Assembly: GCA_963676795.2 (NCBI GenBank)
Contig: CAXXTB010000002.1
Location: 2,112,001 to 2,176,000, forward strand
Reading direction: 5' to 3'
DNA from: Geopsychrobacteraceae bacterium
Lineage (GTDB): Bacteria > Desulfobacterota > Desulfuromonadia > Desulfuromonadales > Geopsychrobacteraceae
Length of the DNA: 64,000 nucleotides
Positions 10,801 through 18,419 of the stretch are shown piece after piece. Under the pieces are notes generated by a model, which made no database searches, was not told where the DNA came from, and was given only the letters and a program-made list of their open reading frames with translations. Made by a program: the position numbers and the translations under genes. The first letter of the stretch is position 1. Each line of letters begins with the position of its first letter.

Positions 10801-12873
10801 GCGCAACTCTCCCGTTTCCTGGCTGACGAGCCAGACCGCAACCCGACCGATCTCAAAGGAATTGGCCAGACTGTCGGTAACAAGAGTCAGGAACCCCGAA
10901 ACATCGGCGTCAATGGCCGTCTCATGTCTGGCAATCTGCCCCAGATAATCGTTGTAACGCTGAAACAGGGCGCTCTTGAGCTGTAAACCCTCTACCCGTT
11001 TTTTCTGTTCCGTTACGTCTCGCCAGACAAGCGAAATTAGCTGCCTCGACCCGAGATAGATCGGCCTGAGTGTCACCTCGACATCCATGATGGTGCCGTT
11101 TTTATGCCGGTGCTGAGTTTCCAGGAAACAATAGCCCTCATCAAAGGCTTTCTGAGCAACCCCCCTGGCCTCTTCCGCAGTCGTGTTAACCAGAAGATCC
11201 TTAATAGGAAGTTCTGTGAACTCTTCACGGCTGTAACCGAGAGAGTAATGTGCTGCATAGTTGAAGTCGACCAGCCGGGAGTCCTCGAAGTCGACCAGCA
11301 TGATCGAGTCTGTTGTTTGCGAATACATCGCGGCAAGCAGCTGCTGTTGCTCTTCGAGAACCTGCGCATCATGAAATCGATCGACGGTTTCACAGATACG
11401 CCTGACCAGGCGCTCAGCGAGCCGAACCTCTTCATCGTGAAAACTGACCCGTCCGCCTGCCGCAGGAGCGCCCAGGGAAATGGTCAGGGCCAGCCGGTCC
11501 CCCTCGAAAGTCTCTGCTGTCGACTCAAGCGACCAGGGACTTTCAAAAAAATACTCGGAAACAAACTCTTTATCTCCCCAACAGATGCGTGCTCCTGTCA
11601 TTTCCGGCTGCTGCCAGCCCCGCGGAATCAGCTCAACGATCTGCACAAGCATGTCGTCAAGATTATCTTCAAGATTTTCGGTCACACTGAAAACAGAATA
11701 GAGGCAATCCAGCTCCTTGACCCGCTCCTTGAGAGCGTCTTCATTGCGCCTGACATCGGTGATATCCCGGCCGATACCAACAACGCCAAGCGGAGTCCCG
11801 TCTGGTGCCAGGATCGACTTTTTGATCATCTGAAACAACGTCTGGTCATCTTCTTCGGCAAATCTGAGTTTTTCTTCCCGGATCAGAGGACGACCGCTTT
11901 CAAGCGCCGACAGGTCATCTATCTGGTGGCTGATCGCAATATGCGCCTCGAAGAAATCCTGATCATTCTTGCCCAGGATTTCAGATTCCGGCATGCCGAA
12001 CAGACGCTCCATCACCTGGTTGCAGATCACATACCTGCCGTCCAGGTCCTTCGCCCAGACCAGATCGGGAACCGTGTGGATAAGGGTCCTCAACCAACTG
12101 CGTTCCTCGTCGAGAGACTCAGCAGCCTGTTTCTGCCGGGAGATATTGTTGATGGCAAGCAGGATACTCGGGGTCCCCCGGCAACTGAACAGGCAGGCGG
12201 AGACAAAAGCCCAGACCACCCGACCGGAAAAATCATAGATTTCGACCTCTTGATCATAGACATGGCCATCCCTGAACAAGGCTACCCTTAACCGTTCACG
12301 TTGTTCCTGATCCTTGTAAAATTCCCGGACCTCCATGCCATTCATCGTTGCCGGGTCATAACCCAGCTGACTGGCGGCACGGGGGTTCCCATAGACAACC
12401 CTCCCCATTTCACAATCGACAACAAGCGCAGGCGAAGGGGCAATTCTGAGAAATTTCTCAATATCGTCAATTTCGTATGCTGCTTCAGGCGTGAAAAGCT
12501 GCTGGCGGGTAATCAGTCCGAGTGCGGTTCCCTGAGCCTCACTGATCAGAGCAACCTCAAGCCGTTCACGGTCAAAGAGGAGTTTCGCCTCAGCCAGGGT
12601 TACGGAGTCTGACAGACGGTAACAGCTGAACAAGGGAAGAACGGCAACGGGAGTCTCCAGATCCGGGGCGCTCTCGAGATAATCGAGCAGACTGCGGCGC
12701 GACAGCAGGAGTGGACCATCAGAGGCGGCATCGACAAGCAGATAATCAGGTCCGGATTGGCTGAGCATAATGCGCAGCGCACTGAGAACCGGTTCATTCT
12801 CACTTAAACATGGTAACGCAAGAGGCTTGATCAGGTCGAGCAACAGAATATTTTCCGTTGGCACCACTGTCAT
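7807..12873 (-). CDS. Large cytoplasmic hybrid sensor kinase (CBS-like, several PAS, GAF, HisKA, HATPase, degenerate REC, HPt)
   Basis: FLANISHEIRTPLN H-box, NAVKFT, DTGCGI, GGTGLGL, HPt VHSLKSVAGNIGA, several PAS/PAC motifs; GGGAGG SD before ATG 12873. Confidence 0.92.
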   Translation of the reverse strand: MTVVPTENILLLDLIKPLALPCLSENEPVLSALRIMLSQSGPDYLLVDAASDGPLLLSRRSLLDYLESAPDLETPVAVLPLFSCYRLSDSVTLAEAKLLFDRERLEVALISEAQGTALGLITRQQLFTPEAAYEIDDIEKFLRIAPSPALVVDCEMGRVVYGNPRAASQLGYDPATMNGMEVREFYKDQEQRERLRVALFRDGHVYDQEVEIYDFSGRVVWAFVSACLFSCRGTPSILLAINNISRQKQAAESLDEERSWLRTLIHTVPDLVWAKDLDGRYVICNQVMERLFGMPESEILGKNDQDFFEAHIAISHQIDDLSALESGRPLIREEKLRFAEEDDQTLFQMIKKSILAPDGTPLGVVGIGRDITDVRRNEDALKERVKELDCLYSVFSVTENLEDNLDDMLVQIVELIPRGWQQPEMTGARICWGDKEFVSEYFFESPWSLESTAETFEGDRLALTISLGAPAAGGRVSFHDEEVRLAERLVRRICETVDRFHDAQVLEEQQQLLAAMYSQTTDSIMLVDFEDSRLVDFNYAAHYSLGYSREEFTELPIKDLLVNTTAEEARGVAQKAFDEGYCFLETQHRHKNGTIMDVEVTLRPIYLGSRQLISLVWRDVTEQKKRVEGLQLKSALFQRYNDYLGQIARHETAIDADVSGFLTLVTDSLANSFEIGRVAVWLVSQETGELRSVACCSRDSESCSCVGHKTFVTEMARLREYTYLVAGQPNGPQVSDRFVSDYLNKNGIAAALYTSIISAGEFRGVLAFAQTDAEIFFSEENIVFGRQVADQIGMVLLNSARNESVKALQTSETFLKRAQVVAQLGHWYFNLEKQSFSLSEEACRICRRSYGEDLAVEEFFRLVHPDDRARVETLWKQVLNGETLNSVFRLFEVEPKWVSVRNEFEYGPAGELVAALGTIQDITEKVAVEEELRAYREQLEELVQQRTSALEAVNLEQQGIFNAANVGIVLIEERTIVRCNRKLEELFGYEPGEMLNRTTRDWYASDEEFERIGGEISLNFKTTGEDWRESQLCRKDGSVFWARMAARPLAGTRGTTVPRLVGIVEDISAEREVAESLRLAVDAAEAASRTKSAFLANISHEIRTPLNSILGISHLMSETLSEPAHLDYLHKIEAAGLQLLDMFRDLLDLSRIESDQLILTSSEFDVEQLILSNINRLAEQIRAKRLNLVVDISPELSAPLSADTKRIGQILYQYLANAVKFTDSGSITIEACLSHADAGTLLVLSVTDTGCGIADDQLGHLFQSFHQADMSSTRRFGGTGLGLAICRKLAHLMGGDVGVESAEGRGSRFWFSARIELFAEKPAVDRLRLFDRVLTVCAASSEGRIMNRVIGETAAQVDTLPSLEAAVARLKGFTASAYDVIAVDYSSSLDGLGGLDELSRTVAEGYRRIILVAPFWDELLREKAQALGIGLVVNKPLTRTRWREAAEEFTERLQTLSLPEIQGVEPAPEETRGVGDDAQRAEMSAEGAPRLPETMDNIDLPTGLYRVMGKVELLESLLRKFLENHRGAADKIHLVLLAGNVDNAVKLVHSLKSVAGNIGALRFQKALERLESVAKQGANPAQLQAAFESCRVALLDLIDELDQVFSARQQEAPFASAETELSSDQLYDEFVLRLKDDDLQAVDLFHRHEKLFAELLGSRFLDVKVALERYSFETVLDYLEGRSAGGSR

Positions 12874-13078
12874 TTCATCAACCTCCCGAGCATCAGGCAA
12901 ACTGCAAACAATTTCAACCTCTTGTCCCAGTATAACAGATCAGTCCGCAAAACACCGGTGCGCAGAAAACAAAAGCCACCCAGCCCCAATCTATAAAAAT
13001 ATCAATGATGCCTACCTTTAGCTCATAAGTAAACTTTAATCATGAAGTTTTTTTTCTGGACAGCCCTCAACATTCTGT

Positions 13079-13268
13079 CTAGCTTGTTGCCATCCAAAAA
13101 CTCCAGATGGCAACGCGTAAGTTTTAAGATTGGAAACGAGCAATTTTTTGTCATAGCAAGAAAATCAAAGGCTTGTGCGGAGGCGTAGTACTTTATGCCG
13201 CACGAGTAAGCCCGCAGATTGACGCCGCTTTGGCGGAAAAGGGCCGTTTCCGGATGAAAACTAGCTTG
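13079..13268. repeat. MITE/REP-like palindromic non-coding element
   Basis: 8-bp direct repeat ctagcttg at 13079 and 13261; imperfect terminal inverted repeats; central palindrome cttgtgcggaggcgta...tatgccgcacgag; 9-bp hairpin gttgccatc/gatggcaac. Confidence 0.55.
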
Positions 13269-13337
13269 CCACATGACAAATAAGAGTCTGTCCATTTTAG
13301 CGGTCCCCCGCTATAACCTGAACCGGTCCAGCATGCT

Positions 13338-14270
13338 ATGTTTCGCCTGATCTCACTGGGGCTCTGTGCAGCCCTGTTTTTCAGCAGTACCTTTATACTG
13401 AATCGTTCCATGAGCCTCGAAGGAGGACACTGGTACTGGTCCGCCGCGCTGCGTTTTGCCTGGATGATTCTTCTTCTGCTGCTGTTGTTCGTCGTTTCCG
13501 GCCGAACAAAACAGCTGCCACAAATCTGCCGAATCTTCCGGATCTATCCCCTGTTCTGGCTCGCTGCCGGATCGGTCGGCTTTGGGCTTTTCTACTCGCT
13601 GCTCTGCTACAGTGCGACTTTTTCACCAGGCTGGGTCATTGCGACAACCTGGCAACTAACAATCCTGGCCTCCCCGCTGGTCCTGATTCTTTTCGGCCGC
13701 AAGGTGCCACGTAAAGCGTTCGCCTTCACCATACTGATTATCTGTGGAATTGTTCTCGTCAACCTGTCTGAGGCGGATCGGGTTGACATTAAAACACTTC
13801 TTATGGGGGGGCTCCCTGTCATTGTGGCCGCGTTCGCCTACCCAACCGGCAATCAGATGCTCTGGGAGGCACAGCGCCACCAACGGCGATTCATCCCCAG
13901 AATTGACGATCCGCTGCTGCAGGACCCCTTCGCCAGGGTGTTACTCATGACCCTGGGGACAATCCCCTTCTGGCTGATCCTCTATATTGCCATAGCACCT
14001 CCGCCACCTTCCTTCGGACAGTTTTTGTCAACCGGCCTGGTCGCCCTGTTCTCCGGCATCCTTGCCACCACAATCTTTTTTCACGCCCGTCATCAGGCAA
14101 GCAATTCCTATGAACTTTCTGCGGTTGATGCAACACAATCGGCCGAGGTTATCTTCTCCGTGGCGGGGGAAATCATCCTTCTGGGAGGAGCACTGCCTGC
14201 CCTGACAAGTATGGTCGGCATCGTCATCACTCTGACGGGACTGACTCTGTTTATCCGTTACCATCAATAA
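13338..14270 (+). CDS. DMT-superfamily putative multidrug efflux transporter (YjlA/EmrE-like, about 10 TM)
   Basis: FFSSTFILNRSMSLEGGHWYWSAALRF, ATTWQLTI, AFAYPTGN, AVDATQSAEVIF; hydrophobic throughout. Confidence 0.85.
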   Translation: MFRLISLGLCAALFFSSTFILNRSMSLEGGHWYWSAALRFAWMILLLLLLFVVSGRTKQLPQICRIFRIYPLFWLAAGSVGFGLFYSLLCYSATFSPGWVIATTWQLTILASPLVLILFGRKVPRKAFAFTILIICGIVLVNLSEADRVDIKTLLMGGLPVIVAAFAYPTGNQMLWEAQRHQRRFIPRIDDPLLQDPFARVLLMTLGTIPFWLILYIAIAPPPPSFGQFLSTGLVALFSGILATTIFFHARHQASNSYELSAVDATQSAEVIFSVAGEIILLGGALPALTSMVGIVITLTGLTLFIRYHQ

Positions 14271-14299
14271 GCAAACGAAGCGCTGTCCCCACGGAACGA

Positions 14300-14330
14300 C
14301 AAAAGGCGGAGCTGCCGTCTCCGCCTTTTG
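14300..14330. terminator. Bidirectional terminator between convergent genes
   Basis: caaaaggcggag-N7-ctccgccttttg. Confidence 0.8.
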
Positions 14331-14358
14331 ACTAACTTGCCATTTCTTCTTTTCAGTA

Positions 14359-14793
14359 TCAGCCGATCGGAATCTCAACCGCTTTCTTTTTCTCAACCTT
14401 GGTTTTCGGTATAACGAGAGTCAACAGGCCATCCTTGAAACTTGCTTCAATGGCCCCATCATCGACATTATCCGGCAGAGTGAAGCTCCGGCTGAACGAT
14501 CCGCTGAAACGTTCGATTCGATGCATCTTTTCTTTTTTCTCTTCGCTTTCTCTTTTTGTTTCTCCATGTATGGTCAGAATCCGGTCGTCAATACTGATCT
14601 TGATATTGTCCCTCTCAACACCAGGAATTTCGGCTTTTATGGTAAACTGCTGATCATCCTCAGCAATGTCCACCCTTGGAGCCCAGTCTCCTTTGAGCAC
14701 ACTCAGTTCCCGACCACCACGATAGGGCCAGTCGTTCATTCGGCCAAACACTTCATCCATATCCCGGAATGGATCCCATTTTGTGAGTTTCAT
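14359..14793 (-). CDS. Hsp20/alpha-crystallin small heat shock protein
   Basis: WDPFRDM, PRVDIAE, AEIPGV, ERFSGSFSRSFTLP, ASFKDGLLTLVIPK; AAGGAGG SD. Confidence 0.95.
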   Translation of the reverse strand: MKLTKWDPFRDMDEVFGRMNDWPYRGGRELSVLKGDWAPRVDIAEDDQQFTIKAEIPGVERDNIKISIDDRILTIHGETKRESEEKKEKMHRIERFSGSFSRSFTLPDNVDDGAIEASFKDGLLTLVIPKTKVEKKKAVEIPIG

Positions 14794-15044
14794 TTTGTCC
14801 TCCTTAACTCACGCGGGTCTATTTTTCCGTCTGTGAACTGCCCGCTACACCCCACAGACAGACAACAGGGACGAATAGGCAGGGACTTTCAATGTTCAGA
14901 AGCTACTATCAAGCATAACTCAAAGTCGGCGGAATTCAATCTGTCAAGCATAATAAACAACAGTATTACGATAACTTAACAAGCTATTACTTTTTCTCAG
15001 AAGAAGCCGAAGGAAGGGAATAAAAAAGAAACGGAGTCTGCGGA

Positions 15045-15422
15045 TTATTGCGGACGCTGCTCGAGCTGTATGAGGTTTGACTTGAACTGCTCAATCTTCT
15101 CTTCAAGTTCGGAAATTTCGCTGGCAGAAGTGGCAAGGCTGTCGGTCAGCTTTCGATTCTTCGTTTCCAGCGCATGGTTTTCCTGCTGCAGCTCACGACA
15201 ACGCGTCCAGAGAGCAACAACATCGGCAGCCCTGACACTCCATTCACTTTCAGGGTATGTGATGATGAATTGCTCGAGAGGCTCGATCCTTTGCTCCACA
15301 GCAACCCGGTCAAAAGCCTTGACAAACGCCTGCTGATCCTTCAGAACCACGACCTTCTGGAGTTGAAGGTTTGGCACACAACCGAACATAAACAGAGCTG
15401 CCACGATCAGAAGATATCTCAT
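15045..15422 (-). CDS. Hypothetical lipoprotein with C-terminal coiled coil
   Basis: Signal peptide with lipobox MFGC; YPESEW helix-turn motif; ATGA overlap with the upstream GGDEF gene. Confidence 0.75.
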   Translation of the reverse strand: MRYLLIVAALFMFGCVPNLQLQKVVVLKDQQAFVKAFDRVAVEQRIEPLEQFIITYPESEWSVRAADVVALWTRCRELQQENHALETKNRKLTDSLATSASEISELEEKIEQFKSNLIQLEQRPQ

Positions 15423-16747
15423 GATTTACGCCGCCCAACCATATAATTACTGCCCTTCTGTATTTTCAGATATTCCTTCAGACGGGCACACTCCTGACTG
15501 ATGGCCAGCCGTGAAGGATACTCATAGATCGTTGACGGAATGATGGCTATGGAAATTGTCATCAACGGAAATGTCCGCTCGACGCCATATCGATCTTTAC
15601 CGACAAAACTTCGCGCCTGGCGATCGTCCACATTGTAAAACGACGGGACCAGCCTGTCGAACTCACTGACGATCGCACCCGCGATCCGCTCGCTCTCTTC
15701 AATCGTCGTAACAACGACATAATCGTCACCCCCGATATGCCCGACAAGATCCTCACCGGTCCCCTCGCGGGCGACAACCTCCTTGATCAGCTCCCCGACC
15801 CTGGCAAGCACATCACTTCCCGAGTTGTAACCGTAACGATCACTGTATGACTTGAAATTATCCAGATCGATATAGAGATGGGCAAAAGGCACCTTGCCCG
15901 CGATCCGCTGATCAACCTCACGATCGATCGCCAGGTTTCCGGGCAACTGGGTCAACGGGTTGGCATCCAGGCGTATCTGCTCAAGTTCGCGCAACTTCTC
16001 ACCCATCTGCCGGAAATCGTTGGCCAGCTGAGAGAATTCATCGCCACCGGGCAGTTCCGGTTTATGCTCAAAACTCCCCGCAGAAAACTTACGCGTAGCG
16101 GCCTTCAGGGCATGCACCGATCGATGGATACTGATCAGCACTGTCACCGAGACCGGCGCAGAGAGACAGATACCGATCAGCGTCAGCAGAGCCGTCATCT
16201 GAAAGGCATGCCCAGTCCTGGAAGAAAGTTCGGCCAGCCCGGTATTGATCCTCTGTTGCTGCTGTTGGCGATAATCTGCCAGGAAGTTCAGCAGCTCAAC
16301 CCTTAACGGCACCATCTTTTCGTTAGACAGGGTCTGGGCTCTTTCCCAGTCCCCCCAGAACAACAGATCGGAGAGCTCATCGTCGACGGTACGATACTGA
16401 TTGACCAGCTTGATCAGCACATCCATCTGCTCAGTGCGCGGAGTCAAATTCAGCGCAAGGGTCAGGCGGACAAACTCATCATTCCTGTTGAGGCGCAATT
16501 CGCTGAGGGCCGGATCCCGCAGGATCAACAGCTGCTTTTCAATATTCTCCTGGGCAAGCAGGTTCTGCTGGATATCTCTGACCAGTTCAAAAGTATGAAA
16601 ATCGACATTTACGAGTTTTTCGGTCCGCAGCGTCTGCTGATGCATTGCTGTCAGAGCATAACCGACGGCACAGACACTGAACAGCACGATAACCAGAAAG
16701 CCGATAACGACCTTTTTGGTGACTGTCGAAAATAGATTTCGCAACAT
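15419..16747 (-). CDS. Membrane sensor-HAMP-GGDEF dinucleotide cyclase, Hypr/GacB-like (GGDDY variant)
   Basis: Two TM segments around a periplasmic helical domain; HAMP (DEFSQLANDFRQM); DANPLTQLPGN, DLDNFKSYSDRYGYNSGSDVL, HIGGDDY. Confidence 0.88.
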   Translation of the reverse strand: MLRNLFSTVTKKVVIGFLVIVLFSVCAVGYALTAMHQQTLRTEKLVNVDFHTFELVRDIQQNLLAQENIEKQLLILRDPALSELRLNRNDEFVRLTLALNLTPRTEQMDVLIKLVNQYRTVDDELSDLLFWGDWERAQTLSNEKMVPLRVELLNFLADYRQQQQQRINTGLAELSSRTGHAFQMTALLTLIGICLSAPVSVTVLISIHRSVHALKAATRKFSAGSFEHKPELPGGDEFSQLANDFRQMGEKLRELEQIRLDANPLTQLPGNLAIDREVDQRIAGKVPFAHLYIDLDNFKSYSDRYGYNSGSDVLARVGELIKEVVAREGTGEDLVGHIGGDDYVVVTTIEESERIAGAIVSEFDRLVPSFYNVDDRQARSFVGKDRYGVERTFPLMTISIAIIPSTIYEYPSRLAISQECARLKEYLKIQKGSNYMVGRRKS

Positions 16748-16918
16748 ATTCCAGTTTCCGGAAAAAGGCGGAAGTCTTTGTAATAACTATTCCGTTGCAC
16801 CCAGGAATTACTAATAAACAAATTTTGAAGTTCAGATACTACTACATCGAAGCAAAAAACAACAGCGCCAGATGACGCTGCTTTTTGTATCTTTTGTGTC
16901 AACTGGTTTAAATTTCTC

Positions 16919-17626
16919 CTACATCCCCAGATAGGCCTTCCGGACATCATCGTTCACAAGCAGATTTTCCGCGGAATCGACCAGTGAAATGCGGCCATTT
17001 TCCATAACATAGCCACGATCGGCCAGTTTCAAGGCCTGATTGGCGTTCTGTTCGACCAGAAATATCGTCGTGTTGTTCTCTTTGTTGATCTGGCGGATAA
17101 TATCGAAGATCTGCTTGATGATCAACGGCGCCAGTCCCAGAGAAGGTTCGTCCAGCAGTAACACCCTTGGCCGCGCCATCAACGCACGGGAAATAGCCAG
17201 CATCTGCTGTTCACCGCCGGAAAGGGTACCACCTAGCTGATTGCGGCGTTTTTCCAGAATCGGGAAGAGGTCCATGACATAATTCAGGTCCTGCTGGATC
17301 AGCCGTTTGTTTTTGCGCAGGAAGGCCCCCATCTCGAGATTCTCCAAAACGGTCATTTCCGGAAAGATGCGGCGCCCCTCGGGAACCTGAATAATGCCCC
17401 GTTCAACGATCTTTTCCGCGCTGAGCTTCTGAATCGGGTCACCATCAAACAAAATCTCGCCACTGCGCGGCGGGGTAATCCCGCAGATCGACATCAGAGT
17501 CGTCGTCTTGCCCGCACCGTTGGCCCCGATCAGGGTAACGATCTCCCCTTCGTTGATCTCGATCGAGACATCCTTCAATGCCTGGATATTCCCGTAAAAA
17601 GTAGAAATATTCTGAACCTTAAGCAT
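16919..17626 (-). CDS. livF: Branched-chain amino acid ABC transporter ATPase
   Basis: GANGAGKTT, VPEGRRIF, LSGGEQQM, LLDEPSLGLAP; start MLKVQN at 17626. Confidence 0.95.
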   Translation of the reverse strand: MLKVQNISTFYGNIQALKDVSIEINEGEIVTLIGANGAGKTTTLMSICGITPPRSGEILFDGDPIQKLSAEKIVERGIIQVPEGRRIFPEMTVLENLEMGAFLRKNKRLIQQDLNYVMDLFPILEKRRNQLGGTLSGGEQQMLAISRALMARPRVLLLDEPSLGLAPLIIKQIFDIIRQINKENNTTIFLVEQNANQALKLADRGYVMENGRISLVDSAENLLVNDDVRKAYLGM

Positions 17627-18419
17627 CTGTTTCCTCTCCCAGATAGGCCTCGATAACTTTCGGATTGTCCTTGATCTCCTGCGGACAGCCCTGGGCGATT
17701 TTCTTACCGTATTCCATGACATAGATCGGATTGGAGATATTCATAACCAGCTTCATATCGTGCTCAATCAGCAGGATAGCGATCTTCTCCTCTTCGCTGA
17801 TACGACAGATCAGATGATCGAGTTCGACCGTTTCCTGCGGGTTCATCCCTGCGGCAGGCTCGTCGAGCAGCAGCAGAAAGGGGTCAGTGGCCATCGCCCT
17901 GGCGATCTCAAGCCGGCGCTGAGCGCCATAGGGAAGATTTTTTGCGAAATCGTTGGCATGTTGTTCCAGCCCGACCTTCTTCAACAGACTGTAACAGGTT
18001 TCAACGATCTCCTGCTCTTCCCTGCGTACCCCCTTGTCGCGAATGATCGAACGGAAGATACCGGATCTGGTCCGGCAGTGCCGCCCGATCATGACGTTCT
18101 CGAGGACTGTCATATCAGCGAAGAGGCGAATATTTTGAAAGGTCCTGGCCAACCCCATCTCGGTCACCCTGTTCGGCTTCAGGCCGTTCAGACGCCGGGT
18201 CGACATCCCCTTGGGATGAAGCAGGATATCCCCCTTGGTCGGATTGTAGATTCCGGTGACGCAGTTGAAAAAGGTCGTCTTGCCGGCGCCGTTAGGCCCG
18301 ATCAGAGCGGCAATTTCCCCTTCGTGGACTTCAAGCGATACAGAATCGACAGCCCGCAAGCCGCCGAAGTCCATGGTCAACCCTTTGACTTCTAATAATT
18401 TATGCTTATTTTCAGCCAT
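17619..18419 (-). CDS. livG: Branched-chain amino acid ABC transporter ATPase
   Basis: FGGLRAV, GPNGAGKTT, ARTFQNIRLF, LPYGAQRRLEIARA, DEPAAGMN. Confidence 0.95.
   Translation of the reverse strand: MAENKHKLLEVKGLTMDFGGLRAVDSVSLEVHEGEIAALIGPNGAGKTTFFNCVTGIYNPTKGDILLHPKGMSTRRLNGLKPNRVTEMGLARTFQNIRLFADMTVLENVMIGRHCRTRSGIFRSIIRDKGVRREEQEIVETCYSLLKKVGLEQHANDFAKNLPYGAQRRLEIARAMATDPFLLLLDEPAAGMNPQETVELDHLICRISEEEKIAILLIEHDMKLVMNISNPIYVMEYGKKIAQGCPQEIKDNPKVIEAYLGEETDA

Noticed and set aside
11104..12291. Long antisense ORFs (for example 11104-12291, 19153-20265, 53804-54874, 3121-4053, 6250-7131)
   Set aside because: They are shadows of well-supported genes on the opposite strand or in another frame, with no recognisable motifs; such ORFs are expected with GC-biased codon usage.
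13023..13411. Small ORFs 13023-13295 and 13193-13411
   Set aside because: They overlap the palindromic repeat element and have no protein-like features.
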